Of a stretch of 64,000 nt of DNA, positions 53,178 to 64,000 are shown piece after piece. The position numbers were made by a program, and so were the translations under genes. Source of the DNA: Octopus bimaculoides. Lineage: Eukaryota. Location: the NCBI RefSeq assembly GCF_001194135.2, contig NC_068991.1:41226774-41290773 (forward strand), read 5' to 3'. The notes below the pieces were generated by a model, which was given only the letters and a program-made list of their open reading frames with translations, did no database searches and was not told the origin of the DNA. Position 1 is the first letter of the stretch. Each line of letters starts with the position of its first letter.

Positions 53178-55089
53178 ATATATATATATATATATATACA
53201 CACAGACAGCCACACAGACAGACACACATTTAGACAGACAGACAGACAGATAGACACACTGATAGACAAACAGACACACTGATAGACAGACAGACACACA
53301 CACACAGATAGACAGATAGGCAGACACACACACACACACACAAACACACACACTCAGACAAACACACACTCACACAGACAGACACACAGACAGACAAGCA
53401 GATGTATGTTGTTTCAGCTGCTTGGAATTTGAATGATATAAAATCTCAGGGCAAAATTGACAAAAATACTAAAATAATTATGATGAAGGTCATTGAAAAT
53501 GCCATAGCAGATTTGTCCTGGTCCTTATTACTGTTCATTATCGCTGCAGTTTGCTGTGCTGAAAGTAAGTCTATAAGTGGTTATTTTTTCCTTTCTGACT
53601 GCAGAATCAGTCAAGTTTAATCTTGCTTGACAGAATATAGTGTATTTTTGTCAGATTAAATTTTAATAAAACAAGTAGAACATCTCAAAAGGCTTACAAC
53701 TAAATTTGATAAAAAATAAAAAAAAACTTTGCATTTAATTCATCTTCTACTGTGCCTGACTGGTTTTAGTTCTATCATGAAATTCAACTCCCAGTTTTTA
53801 GGCACTTGATACCCCTTTTCATTTTTGGTAGGAGTGTTTGACACTTAGTTTCTCTTTTTTGGTTGCTTCACACCCAATTTAGCCTGTCTTTTGGGCATTT
53901 CATGTTCAAATTACCTTCTCTTTTGGGTGTTCGATATCTTGTTTATCCTCACTATTTGTTGCTTGAAACCCAGTTTTCCCTCTTTCTTGGATGTTTAATA
54001 CCTAGTTCCTGCTTTGTAGTTGATTGTCACGATTGTTTTTAGGGTTCATCTTCCCCTTCTGATATCTAATTCACAGTTGGTGTTATGTTTGTTGGTGCTA
54101 TTTGGAGTTGGGGGTTGATGATGTTGAGTTGTTCCAGTTGGTTATACTTGACTGAACCTATAGCACCATTCACTGACTCCATTACAAAGATGTGCTTCAT
54201 CATTTACACATCTTGATGACATACCTCGACACTGTTTTCATCCTGTCAGTGCTTGTCATTATTTAATGACTAGTCAATAGTTTTGGATCAAAAATATCAA
54301 CAGTGTTCTCTCAGAAAGTCAGCTCAGCTAAGACATTGAATTTTATTGGTCACATGACTCGGTTACATGAATGTAATAGAAAGCTTGTAAGAAAAGTCAC
54401 TTGACTGTATGTTAGTGGCTGTTTCAACCAGTCAGAATTGTTACTTTTAGCATGTTTGTTTGTTTTAGAATGCTTGGAATAAGCCTTACTGTTTTTTCTT
54501 CAAGATGAATGGTTTTTGACTTGTTGAAGAGAGTTAGACATCTATGAAACAATCCCATGCTGCATGAACTTATAAACTCTCACAAGTATATAGCTGATAT
54601 GCATGTGTACTCACACATACACTATTATCAGGAGCAAATTCTCTCACAAACAGAATTTGTTTTATTATGTTTGAAATATGTTCTGCTGCATGTTAATTTC
54701 CCCACAAACATTATAATGAATTCTATCATATTTTTGTAAATATGATTTCTTCTATATCTTTGGAATATGAAACTTGTTCATATGAACTGATATATTTTTA
54801 TACCTTATCATGATTAGGTTTCATCATTCATTTCAAATGTGTCTTCATTTTTCATTATGTTTTACGTGTCTTGCTGCATTTTGTTTTGATCAGTCATGTT
54901 ATAAGTGCTTCCATATTTATTATCCACTATGCTTTTTACTGTTATTTTTATCCTGTGCGGTATTTGGTTTTGATCTGTTGAGATCTATGTAGTTGTTCTT
55001 AATGAATTAAATGAATTTTGAAATAACATCATTCTTTTGCATTTGTAATGTTTTCCTGACTACTTCATTTATTCATTAAAGCAACATCC

Positions 55090-55164
<75 letters not shown>

Positions 55165-58100
55165 ACACACATTTAAGATGTTTGATGTATCTGTTTGGGT
55201 CAAATTTCATTATGAAATCCTCACATTAGAGGGTGGAAATTCTTTTCATCATGTATTAGCACTAATATTAAGATAAGGTGGCAGTGAGTTTGCAGTAATG
55301 TGTTATGTTATTTAGTCACCTTATGTTCTGAGTTGAAATATTTTCTGAATTGAGTTTGCTTTTCATCTACCTGAAGTTGATAAAAATGTAACCAGTGTAT
55401 CAGTAAATATACTGAGGTATGTTACTCATACTTATTGAATTATTTACATTCTCTCTTCTACAAAACTTGGGTTTGTGGCTAACATTTACAAAAGAAACTA
55501 TAATCTTGATCATTTTCTAATCTTGGATTAGAAAATGTATCTCTGGGGGTCTTTGTTCAATCGATTTATTAATTTGCTAATTCATTGAGCGAGCAGGCTG
55601 TTTTTGTAGATTCAATCAATCTGTTTAGGTATGAAAAGACTCCTCCTTGCCCTGAACATTTAATCCAAAATTTCACATGCATTAAATTTGAAGTTGCCTA
55701 TTGACAAAGTTTTTAAAATCCCATTAAATAACAGTTTGAGCTGTAAAACCAAAACAGTAATTTAATCGAAGTTATAATCCTATGATTTGTAAAATTAAAG
55801 TTTCATTAATTTTCTCAACTCAGACTCAGTCTTGCAGATTCTTATGATACCTCTGACACTAAAAATGTTTCTAACCTCTGCTAAAGACTTACTCAATCTG
55901 CTAAATATTTCTTGATTTACACTCTACTGTCTAAAAAAAATTGGAAGGGCACATTGAATAATGTCCCAGATATACTATGTTTGAAATAAAAGCTGGAGTG
56001 ATCATAAATTTGATCATATGGCTGCTCAGTCATGGGTGATTTTGAGTTAAATGTCAATAATGATTTCTTTCTTTTTTCATACCCCTTAAAATCTGCTTTA
56101 GAGAGTAAAACTTCATCCTATTCCAGTACACAATTAACTCTATTCTGTTCAGTCTTCAGAAAGACAGAAAAAAAACTGTTTATTTTCATCTCATTCATCA
56201 TTATTGATTAACTCAGACCAGTAATCAAGAGATTGATTTTAAAATTCAGAAGGGTTTATAGGAGCTGTAGGTCTAAATATAAAGGGTCTTGTTTTACTTT
56301 TAAAGGGTAAGATCCCCTGTATGATCCTTCACTCATAATATACCCAGTGATATGTACCTGTAATATACACCAGTAATATACAATAGTTAAATAGGCCAGT
56401 AATATATCTAGTAATATACACTAGTAATATACATCAACATACCAGTAATATACTCAGGTTTTGTCTCCATTGCTATTTCTACTTAGTACTTTCCACAAAG
56501 ATTTTTTTTAAAAAGACACATGGAGCTAGTTCTGTGTCTGCAATAATTTTGGGATATACAATTAATTTTTCACAGGTGATCAGCTGAAATAAAAGCTTTG
56601 TTTGGGTAAGATAGTCTTATTCTTTTCTAACATTTGGGGGAGCAGTTTTTTTATTGTTGGTTTGTTTGTTGGTTGTTTATTTTTTTGTTTCATTTGTATT
56701 TTACTATTAAAAATGTTTTTTTTGACCTGACAACTAAATATTAATAGAGCAATCAGATGGAAATATACCTGTCTAACTTATATATACCTCCTCCTTTATT
56801 TTTTAACAGTATTTTCATAAAGTTGGTTCTTGCAGACATTGTTTTAATCATCATCAATTTATGTCTACTGTCCATGGTAGTTAGATTTCATAATTTCAGT
56901 GAATGCCATTATTCACACCAGCTCTGATGTTTAGAACATACATTCAATGTTTTCCTGTACATTTATCTCTAATATTAATCTTCTCTACTTACAACACTGA
57001 AAAAGAAAAAAAAAAATTTTTTTTTGACTATATAACTTATTTTATTTGATTGGATTTAGAAAAGCTAGAGTTTTAAATAACTTGATATTCATTTTTACTG
57101 TTGTTGTTGCTGCTGTTGTTGTTATTATTATCATTATTATTATTAATATTTATAAAATAGATAAATCTATACTTGTGTACATTTTTTTCTCTTATGTTTC
57201 TCCAGTGTTTAATGTGTTAAACTGCTTTCACTGGAACACATATTGTGTGTGTGTGTGTATTTCTATATATAATTTCTATATATAATTTACTTGTTTTTCA
57301 TCAATAACAAAAATAAAGCAAAACTCAAACTAATGTGACCTTGTAATATTCAACAGCTAAAATTTATTAGACCCCCACTTCCCTTACCAAATTCAAATGA
57401 AGTAAAATAAACAGTGTCTGAAATAAACATCAGACTGATATCCTCCTCTTCTGATAATAATAAGAATTTACAACACTAGATATTCAATAACTGTATAAAG
57501 TAAGACTAAAGAAAATACAAATAATGTTTGTGAGCTGGAGGTGAGAATTGACTCTACATTTCGTTATCATCCGAGTAGATTAGACTCCTGCTACTGACTA
57601 ACTCCTTTCCAATAACATCATTGATCCTGTTGACTAAATTAAAAATGCAGTAAATGCTGCACTAATGAAAACATTGATTTATTGATTGGTTTTTAACCTC
57701 AAAAAGTTTCTAAAAGTGTTTCATTAAAATTGATGTTGGGAGATTATTATTATTATTTTTGTTATTATCATTGTAAGCTGGCAGAACAGTTAGCATGCTG
57801 TACAAAATGCTTTGCAGTATTTCTTCTGGTTTTATGTCTGAGTTCACATTCCACTAAAATTGACTTTTATCTTTCATCCTTTTGGGGTTGATAAAATAAG
57901 TACCAGTTGAGCACTGGGATTGCAAAATTGCATACCTTATGCTTATAGTAGAAAGGATTATTATTACTACTACTATTACCATTATTATTATTATTATTAT
58001 TAAGGAGGTGGGGTGGCAGAACCATTAGTGTGCTGGGTGAAATGCATTGCTGCATTTCTTCTGGGTTTGAGTTCTGAGTTCAAATTCTACTGCGGTCAAC

Positions 58101-61100
58101 TTTGTCTTATATCCTTTCAGTGGTGATAAAATAGGTACCAGTTGAGCATTAGGGTTGATGTAGTCAACTTGCCCCCTTCCCTGAATTGCTGGCTTTGTGC
58201 CAAAATTTGAAACCCTTATTATTATTATTATTAAGGCAGAATCATTAGCATGTTGGATGAAATGCTTAGCGATATTTTGCCCGTCGCTATGTTCTGACTT
58301 CAAATTCCAATAAGGTTGACTTTGTCTTTCAGCCTTTTGTGGTTGATAAATTAAGTACCTGTGTAGCATTGGGGTTGATGTAATCGACTTAACCTCTCCC
58401 ACCAAATTTCATCTTTTGTGCCTTTAATAGAAAGGATTATTATTATTTTCTTTATGAACTTTCTGAGGCAAACTAGCATGGTTTTTGCGGCAGTAAATGT
58501 ACACAATATAAATTTGTCCCTAGATTTGGACAGAAGTCTGTCAGAACTAACTTTATTCTTATAACTAACTTTATTCTCATCATATGAAATTAAACTTAAA
58601 ACTGTCAGCCACTGAGTCTACTAATCAATGTTATGCTTCTGCTGTTTGCCTTCTAGCAGAACAGGGCCATTGAAAACTAAGTATTATTGCCTTTGATATA
58701 TCACCGGATTTCTGGCATGATAGGAACATCAACTCCTAGATTGGGTTTCAGATACTTTAAATTCAGCCATTTATTCTTTGGTGTAGTCAGAAATGAAGTT
58801 CTAAATATTTACATGCTATGTTGCTCACCATTTGCTGGCATCATACCTATATGAAATAGTTCAGAAGATGAAACTTTTTAACAGAATAGTGTTTAGCTTT
58901 GAAATAAGTTCTTGGAGTTAGGTAAATTGCTCTCTCTGCTGGCCACAAAGAGCTTGGTGTCCTCATGCTTAATAAAACCAGTGATGATTCTGGCTGTCCT
59001 GGACATCAGTTCAACTAAAGTAGGATATCACTAATTTTGAAAGGATTCATTAATCACTCAATATATGTTCATTCTGTTTTATCTTTTCAGTACCATATTG
59101 AACAAGGTTTGAAGCTCAATCCAAAAGATGCTTTCCTTCACTACATGCTGGGTAGATGGCACTATAGGGTAAGAAATTTTTTAAAACTACTACACTGCAA
59201 TGAAACAAAAAGGAAGGAATAGAATAACCATCAACTTGAGTAGCAGTTTGTTATTTCTAGGTATTACTTTTTATTTTTATTCCTGTTATGATAAACAGAG
59301 CATTTTTAGTCAGAACTTCAGACAAAAAAAATTATGAGTTCAAGATCCATCATTGGCAGTTTTATGTGTTACAAGGCAAGGTACTGTTCTCACTTATTTG
59401 TTTAGTTGTTAAAAGGCCATAAGGTCATGTGCTATTTCAGTGCCTATTTTCAAGTTTGTGTGCAACTCTGTTGGGGACAGCTTAATTCTTACCAAATATT
59501 TTGTGAATTATACATATAATTTCAAAACTGATCATACTCATTGCTAAAAGTTACTCATTAATCTATAAAAAACAAGAGCACTCATAGAGCGCAAACCTCT
59601 GCCAAGGCAACACCAATGTCCTCTCAACAATTAGCTGGAGATGATTTTTAAAATGAGAATATCTGAAATAAACTCGACTGCTCTCACAAATGAGAATACT
59701 AAAAATGAACCCAACCGCTCTCAAAAATTAAAAAAACTGGACAAATAATCCAGAATCCTTGTCCAGTACCTGATTGATCCCAATGGTAGTCATGGAATGT
59801 GAATGTGGGTGTGCGGGCTGTGTTTGTAATGCTGTGTGTGTGTCGTCTGCAGTGGGAACTGGGACAGTTTTCTTTATGATGGCCTCTCTTAGTCTATCCA
59901 CTGATATAGTGTCTTTATGACCATTAAGGTCTATAATGAAAAATTTATCCCTGCGTGAAAGAAAATGGAAAGGATCTGCATACAGTGCTGTTAACAGAGG
60001 TTTAACAACATCGTTGCATGCAAAAACGTGAGTCCAAGAAGTAAAGCTTCCTTCAAGACAGAGGTAGAAATGCAATTGTCAAGTAGGTAAGAGATTTTAA
60101 ACAGGAGCAATATATTCAAAATTGGTAAAACTAAAAATTGTCAAGGATAAATTACATTTTTGTTACTGAATATGTTAGTGTAATTTAATTTCTGAATGGT
60201 TTTGCTGCCGTTTGTTTATGTAGTTTGATTTCTTTATCCATCAGTTTCTAAGATAGAGATGTGAATGAAATTAATGATAGAAAAATGAAAGTAAAACTTT
60301 GGAAACAGCAACACCACCATAACTTACGTGGAAACCATGAGAGTGCTTTCAAGGGAGATAATCCGAGAAAGACTTAATAGTGAATGTAAGATCATAATAC
60401 TTCATGTAAAGTAAATACAACAAATAATCCAGAATCTTTGCTCTGTACCAGATCAATCCCAAAATCTAATCAGTTCGTGCCAGTCATGAGGCCAAATATC
60501 TCTGAAAGTTTCATCTGAATCCATCCAGCGGTTCTTGAAATATCTTGTCCGTGGACAAACAAACAAACACAACTGAAAACAATATCTCCGCCTTTGCTAA
60601 AGTGAAAGTAATAAAGATCTTCTATTACTTCTTGCTTTCCATATTTTCACAAAAGTTATATGTTATAGCAATCACAAAAGTACTCATGATGACATCAATA
60701 AAGCAACTAACCAATTATGATTGTTGTATTTTATGGTGGAGATCAAGATATTGCTATGAGTAGAAAACATGCTTTGAGGATAACTTAGTGTCCTGCTGCA
60801 CTTCTCCCTACTGCAACAAGTTGTTTCTTCTTCCTTTTCTGTCACCTATCTCAGGCACTTACCAAATATGGTCATGGAGATTACCTTTCCTCCTTTTACT
60901 AAGCCATAACAAAATATGACTGTACAAGTGCACTTTACACATCCAGAGATTACAACAGCTTTGTAATATCTCAACAATAATGATAACAACAAGAACAGGT
61001 TTGATGAACTACTTTGATGCCATTGCTTTACTTAAGTTGAGCTGACTGAAGTGACTCAATCATAACACTTATGTGCTAACTGTCTGTGAACCAGTCTTTC

Positions 61101-63025
61101 AGTGTCAAATGATCTGTCACACATTGTCATTAACAGATAAAGCAAATTACCATTATAAGAGTGCAAAAAACCTTTTACCAAACACTACACTAGTTGATAA
61201 AGTTATTCAATCTATTTAGGTCTACTGCATTATTTTTATTTTTTATGTTTGTAATGTGTTGATATATATCTTAGGCAACATGCTTAGAGTACAGTAAAAT
61301 AACAGGGTAACACCATTAGTAGGAGAGGTTAGAAAGGTAAAGGAAGAGAGTGAATTAAAATAAAATGAAATGAAATGAAATAAAATAAAACTAGAAAGAA
61401 TACAGTAAAAAGTAGTAGAGTACAAGGAAGTATGAGGAGGTTTAATTTTCCATAATAGATTTATGGATATAAAAATTTTAAAGATTCATGGATGTTACCC
61501 TGTTATCTTACTATACTTTATTTTATATCTAAGCTCTATGTATATCTAAAGTTGATGTGGAAGTTATGAAATAAGTTTATTCTAGGGTGTTGTTTTGTAT
61601 TTGATTTTTACAGTTTTAGACAGAATGTTTGAGACTGTAAAGATGACTACTGTGCAATTTTATATTTGTTGTTGTCTGTGTATTAAGATGGAAACTATTG
61701 CAATCAGACCTTCATGGATTTACCTGTCATATTTACTTTCTTTGATCTTGAATGGCTGAAATGTATTTCATTGAAGTTTTTCTTTTTTTTCTTTTTTACC
61801 AGGTGTATATGATGACTTGGATGGAGCGGAAAATTGCACATCTCATATTTGACAACAATCCCCCGCAGACGTCTCCACAAGAGACCTTAGCTCATTTTAT
61901 GACGGTAAAATACTTTTACTTCAACTATCTATATTTTGTTTTCTTTATTGTTAGTCTCTGCTAGCTTATTCTATTCATTGTACAGATTACCATTTATTAT
62001 TGATTAAAAGTGATTTGCTTTAGAGTATTTTGATTGCTATCCATAGTACTACAAGTGACTTGCATTGTACCGTGCAATGAAACACTTGCATAGTTTCATT
62101 TAACTGTTTAGCATTTGGATTATTCTGTCAAATGTATTTATTCACATTGTTTGGAATTATTCATGCCTTATCTTGTAGCTTTGAGATTTTCATGATGTGA
62201 TTGTTTATTTTTAGAAAAAATATTGTAGGATAGGTGTAAGAGGCTACATCTGGCTGGTTTGAACATAACACGGGTAGAATATTTGGGCCAGAAGTGGCTG
62301 GTTGAAATGCTAAAGGGTTAAAAAGTGTTGAGTTAATTGATGCTGAAAATATTGATATTTGTGACATAATTAAAATTAAGTAATGTAACCCCGGCTGATT
62401 TTTGGAAAATTAGCCCACATATCTGAATATTTGGTGATAGAAGGCAGCATGTCAAACACCAGTATTGGGTATTCACTGTTAGAAAAGAGAAGTGAGCAAA
62501 TCAGTTGAATAAATTTTAGCTATTGCTAAATAATTGATTGTGTCAGTAGGACGCTTTATGTCTATAATTTTATAAAGAAAGTTAACCTGGAGTAGTTTTC
62601 TATAAGCCTCTCCAGATGATTTGAACTGTTCACTAGTTTGATAAAACTCATCAAGTGAGTTTTGTCAAACTCACCATTCAAAACAGTTTCTTGTTATGTT
62701 TGGTTATCAGTCTGAGAAAAAAAAAAAAGATGGGATGGTCATGGTGGAAAGCCTTTGATCACATCTGCTTCATCAGAGCTGACCAAGTTTTAGATAATAA
62801 CTACATGGTATTGAAAAGAAAAAAAATGATCCTTGATTTTTCCAGAATTCAATTTGACCCTAAAAGTTTAACATTGGAGAAATAAAGAGAATGATTTTTT
62901 TGTTATATTTACTTTCTGACCAGTTAAATTGTGCATTTACCTATGTAAAGTACTTTTTAATTTACTTTTAGGCAGAAAAACTGCGTCCCATGATATGGAA
63001 AGAAAATCTATTACACATTGCTCGA
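44281..63025 (+). CDS. RMDN3: Regulator of microtubule dynamics family gene (RMDN2/RMDN3, FAM82/PTPIP51-like TPR protein). Spliced and partial: 6 exons visible, 5' and 3' ends not resolved.
   Basis: Six AG/GT-bounded exons join in compatible phases: ...[29 protein letters not shown]|[20 protein letters not shown]...SSSAHKW|[25 protein letters not shown]|[26 protein letters not shown]|[34 protein letters not shown]|[18 protein letters not shown]. This is collinear with the RMDN2/3 TPR region as I recall it (FxWRxAR, HxW|YAV, LxPxDxxxxYxxGRWCY, WxExK, AExLxP), with matching intron positions. It is probably a co-orthologue of vertebrate RMDN2 and RMDN3. Confidence 0.93.
44660..45046 (-). mobile_element. 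SINE family B with a small internal tandem duplication
   Basis: Reverse complement of the family B head and core. gctttg(a/g)ttggtctgagacta is repeated at about 44912-44955. Other family B copies lie near 6167-6320, 11630-11710 and 14725-14850. Confidence 0.75.
46506..46637 (+). repeat. CT-rich compound repeat (CTCTCTCTCTTCCTCTTT units) running into a gap
   Basis: Direct reading. Confidence 0.9.
47798..48008 (-). mobile_element. SINE family A, full length with 18-bp TSD
   Basis: Same body as the 24746 copy. TSD TAATGTTCTTGATATACT at 47780-97 and 48009-26. Confidence 0.85.
49617..49831 (-). mobile_element. SINE family A copy
   Basis: ttttgacacaaggccagc...ttatcaaccctgaaaggattgaaaggcaaagttgaac...ctaagcatttt...ctgcctgctcgctgcctt. 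Confidence 0.8.
50409..50575 (+). CDS. RMDN3: RMDN-like exon (167 nt, phase 0 to 2)
   Basis: Bounded by cttattcttttgcag| and AAATG|gtaaac. Encodes [55 protein letters not shown](W). Confidence 0.93.
52180..52255 (+). CDS. RMDN3: RMDN-like exon (76 nt, phase 2 to 0)
   Basis: Bounded by cattcatttttaaag|G and AAG|gtaagt. It completes TG+G (Trp), then reads [25 protein letters not shown]. Confidence 0.93.
53139..53400 (+). repeat. Compound (GT)n(TA)n(CAGA/CA)n microsatellite
   Basis: Direct reading. Other simple repeats: (TA)n at 1642-1667, 20664-20698 and 33190-33250; (GT)(TA)(CA) at 15447-15534; (CA)n at 55093-55170. Confidence 0.9.
56343..56453 (+). repeat. Minisatellite, unit about 14 bp (CCAGTAATATACAC)
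   Basis: Several (c/t)agtaatata(c/t) units are directly visible. Confidence 0.8.
57771..58437 (+). mobile_element. Three head-to-tail SINE family A copies separated by (TTA)n
   Basis: Copies at about 57771-57957, 58002-58213 and 58233-58437, each with ggcagaa..ttagca..aaatgc..gagttc..ttgataaa..agtacc. Confidence 0.85.
59091..59168 (+). CDS. RMDN3: RMDN-like exon (78 nt, phase 0 to 0)
   Basis: Bounded by tctgttttatcttttcag| and AGG|gtaaga. Encodes [26 protein letters not shown]. Confidence 0.95.
59571..60613 (-). mobile_element. Helentron-associated non-autonomous element (HINE/DINE-1-like) with an internal insert
   Basis: One end is aacaagagcactcatagagcgcaaacctctgccaagg. The other is (CAAA)n...atctccgcctttgctaaagtgaaagtaat, a decayed CTCCGCC/GGCGGAG subterminal palindrome. 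This is the architecture of Helentron-NA elements as I recall it. Confidence 0.65.
59784..60075 (-). mobile_element. Gypsy/Ty3 integrase C-terminal fragment
   Basis: [51 protein letters not shown] matches the THVFVRxDxxKxPLxxPYxGP(F/Y)...K.FxIxxNG+xDxVSIDRLKPA (GPY/F) module. Confidence 0.8.
61803..61904 (+). CDS. RMDN3: RMDN-like exon (102 nt, phase 0 to 0)
   Basis: Long polypyrimidine tract ending ttttttaccag|, donor ACG|gtaaaa. Encodes [34 protein letters not shown]. Confidence 0.93.
62104..62317. mobile_element. piggyBac-like MITE (TTAA flanks)
   Basis: TTAA-ctgtttagcatt ... aatgctaaaggg-TTAA. Same family as 21762-21959, in the opposite orientation. Confidence 0.65.
62972..63025 (+). 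CDS. RMDN3: RMDN-like exon (54 nt, phase 0 to 0)
   Basis: Bounded by tttttaatttacttttag| and CGA|gtacgt. Encodes [18 protein letters not shown], equivalent to the 18-codon AEELxP exon of RMDN2/3. Confidence 0.9.
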
Positions 63026-64000
63026 GTACGTAAGCTAAAATTTGTTTTTTCTGTTTTACATCCATTTTTCGATATGAGTAATGGTATTTGTTGGCAGGGA
63101 AACTCTTTTTACAAGTTGCTCTTATTATAAACCACTTGCATGTGAAGTTGAAAGAAAGCTTGTTTTGTCAGTTGGGTAGATTGGAGCAAGCAATTTACCA
63201 GAGTAAATTTTGAACTTATGACTGTACCTTTTGCTTTAAGCCATTGTACTGTTTTATAGGGGACCAAACTACAAGCCAAAAGATATCCTGTCAATTGCGT
63301 TTGTGCTTAAGAAACAAAACTTTCAAATGGCCCAGTCCATCTAGCTGTAAATAGATGCTACATTATTGGAACAGTTCACCACTAAATGACAGCAACAGTT
63401 AATTTGGATGAGTAATTTTGTTAACATGTTGCACTAAACTTAACTCCTCATGTGTGTATAAACATAGAAAAGGATGGTCTCTACTTGGTTAATTTAATGA
63501 AGATATACTATTTTATTGATAAAATATTTTGCAGGTCTCTCTATGGTACATTAAGTTTTGAAACTCATGTTGCATGTATTTAAGGAGCTTGATTAAATGT
63601 ATCAAAGCTGAGCTGGTTGAGAAAAGAAAAACATGAGTAGCTCAAGAACGCTGAATGTTAATGGTGATTCAATGCTTGTGACACATAAATATCAAGGCAA
63701 CATCTTAGAAGTACAATTTTCTTGAAATTGTATTTCTTTTGCCAAATATTTTTTACCTAAGAATTTAAATTTTTGTTTGCATTCAAGTATTTTTCTCTTT
63801 TTTTCTCTTGAGTTGGACTTATGAGGTTAAGATAGATTGACTCCTAATCACAAGAGAATGAGTTCAAACCTGGGTATCGCCATTCTTTTTTGTGTCCTCT
63901 GGGCAAAATACATTACTCTGCTTTCTTCAGTCTGTCAAACTGAAATATAAGTTGTGATAAAACCTAATTTACCAGTGTTAGATTAACAATCAGTTATGCA

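Noticed and set aside
63535-63570. Acceptor-like site (ttttgcag|gtctct) as the next RMDN exon
   Set aside because: The phase-0 frame reads VSLWYIKF-stop and does not match the expected CY...A..W/Y motif. The next exon is presumably beyond the window.
1-64000. tRNA genes, CRISPR arrays and rRNA
   Set aside because: tRNA-like A/B boxes occur only as SINE heads with no full cloverleaf. No regularly spaced repeat-spacer array or rRNA motif was seen, and the DNA is eukaryotic.

Overview
AT-rich, repeat-dense eukaryotic genomic DNA from a gapped draft assembly, almost certainly a coleoid cephalopod (Octopus-like), judged from its SINE, MITE and microsatellite content as I recall it. The one host gene I can support is a + strand RMDN2/RMDN3 (FAM82/PTPIP51-family) TPR gene. 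Six phase-compatible exons run from 44281 to 63025, and the last exons lie beyond the window. The N-terminal exons were not securely found. A CpG-rich zone at 1-910 and an 18-nt microexon candidate at 13365 may belong to the 5' part of the gene. The rest looks intronic and holds a degenerate Penelope-like retroelement (RT plus GIY-YIG), R4/Dong-, RTE- and CR1-type LINE remnants, a mariner remnant, several MITEs, a Helentron-type non-autonomous element carrying a Gypsy integrase fragment, and many SINEs. The most striking hidden feature is a complete type I hammerhead ribozyme fold at 43158-43244. It has an unusually long stem II, a GUC-to-GCC change at the cleavage triplet, and sits in an inverted terminal segment joined to the Penelope element by a fold-back palindrome. 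Most ORFs in the supplied track are artefacts of microsatellites, N-gaps or chance. No CRISPR arrays, rRNA or true tRNA genes were seen. All homology calls come from recalled motifs, not database searches.
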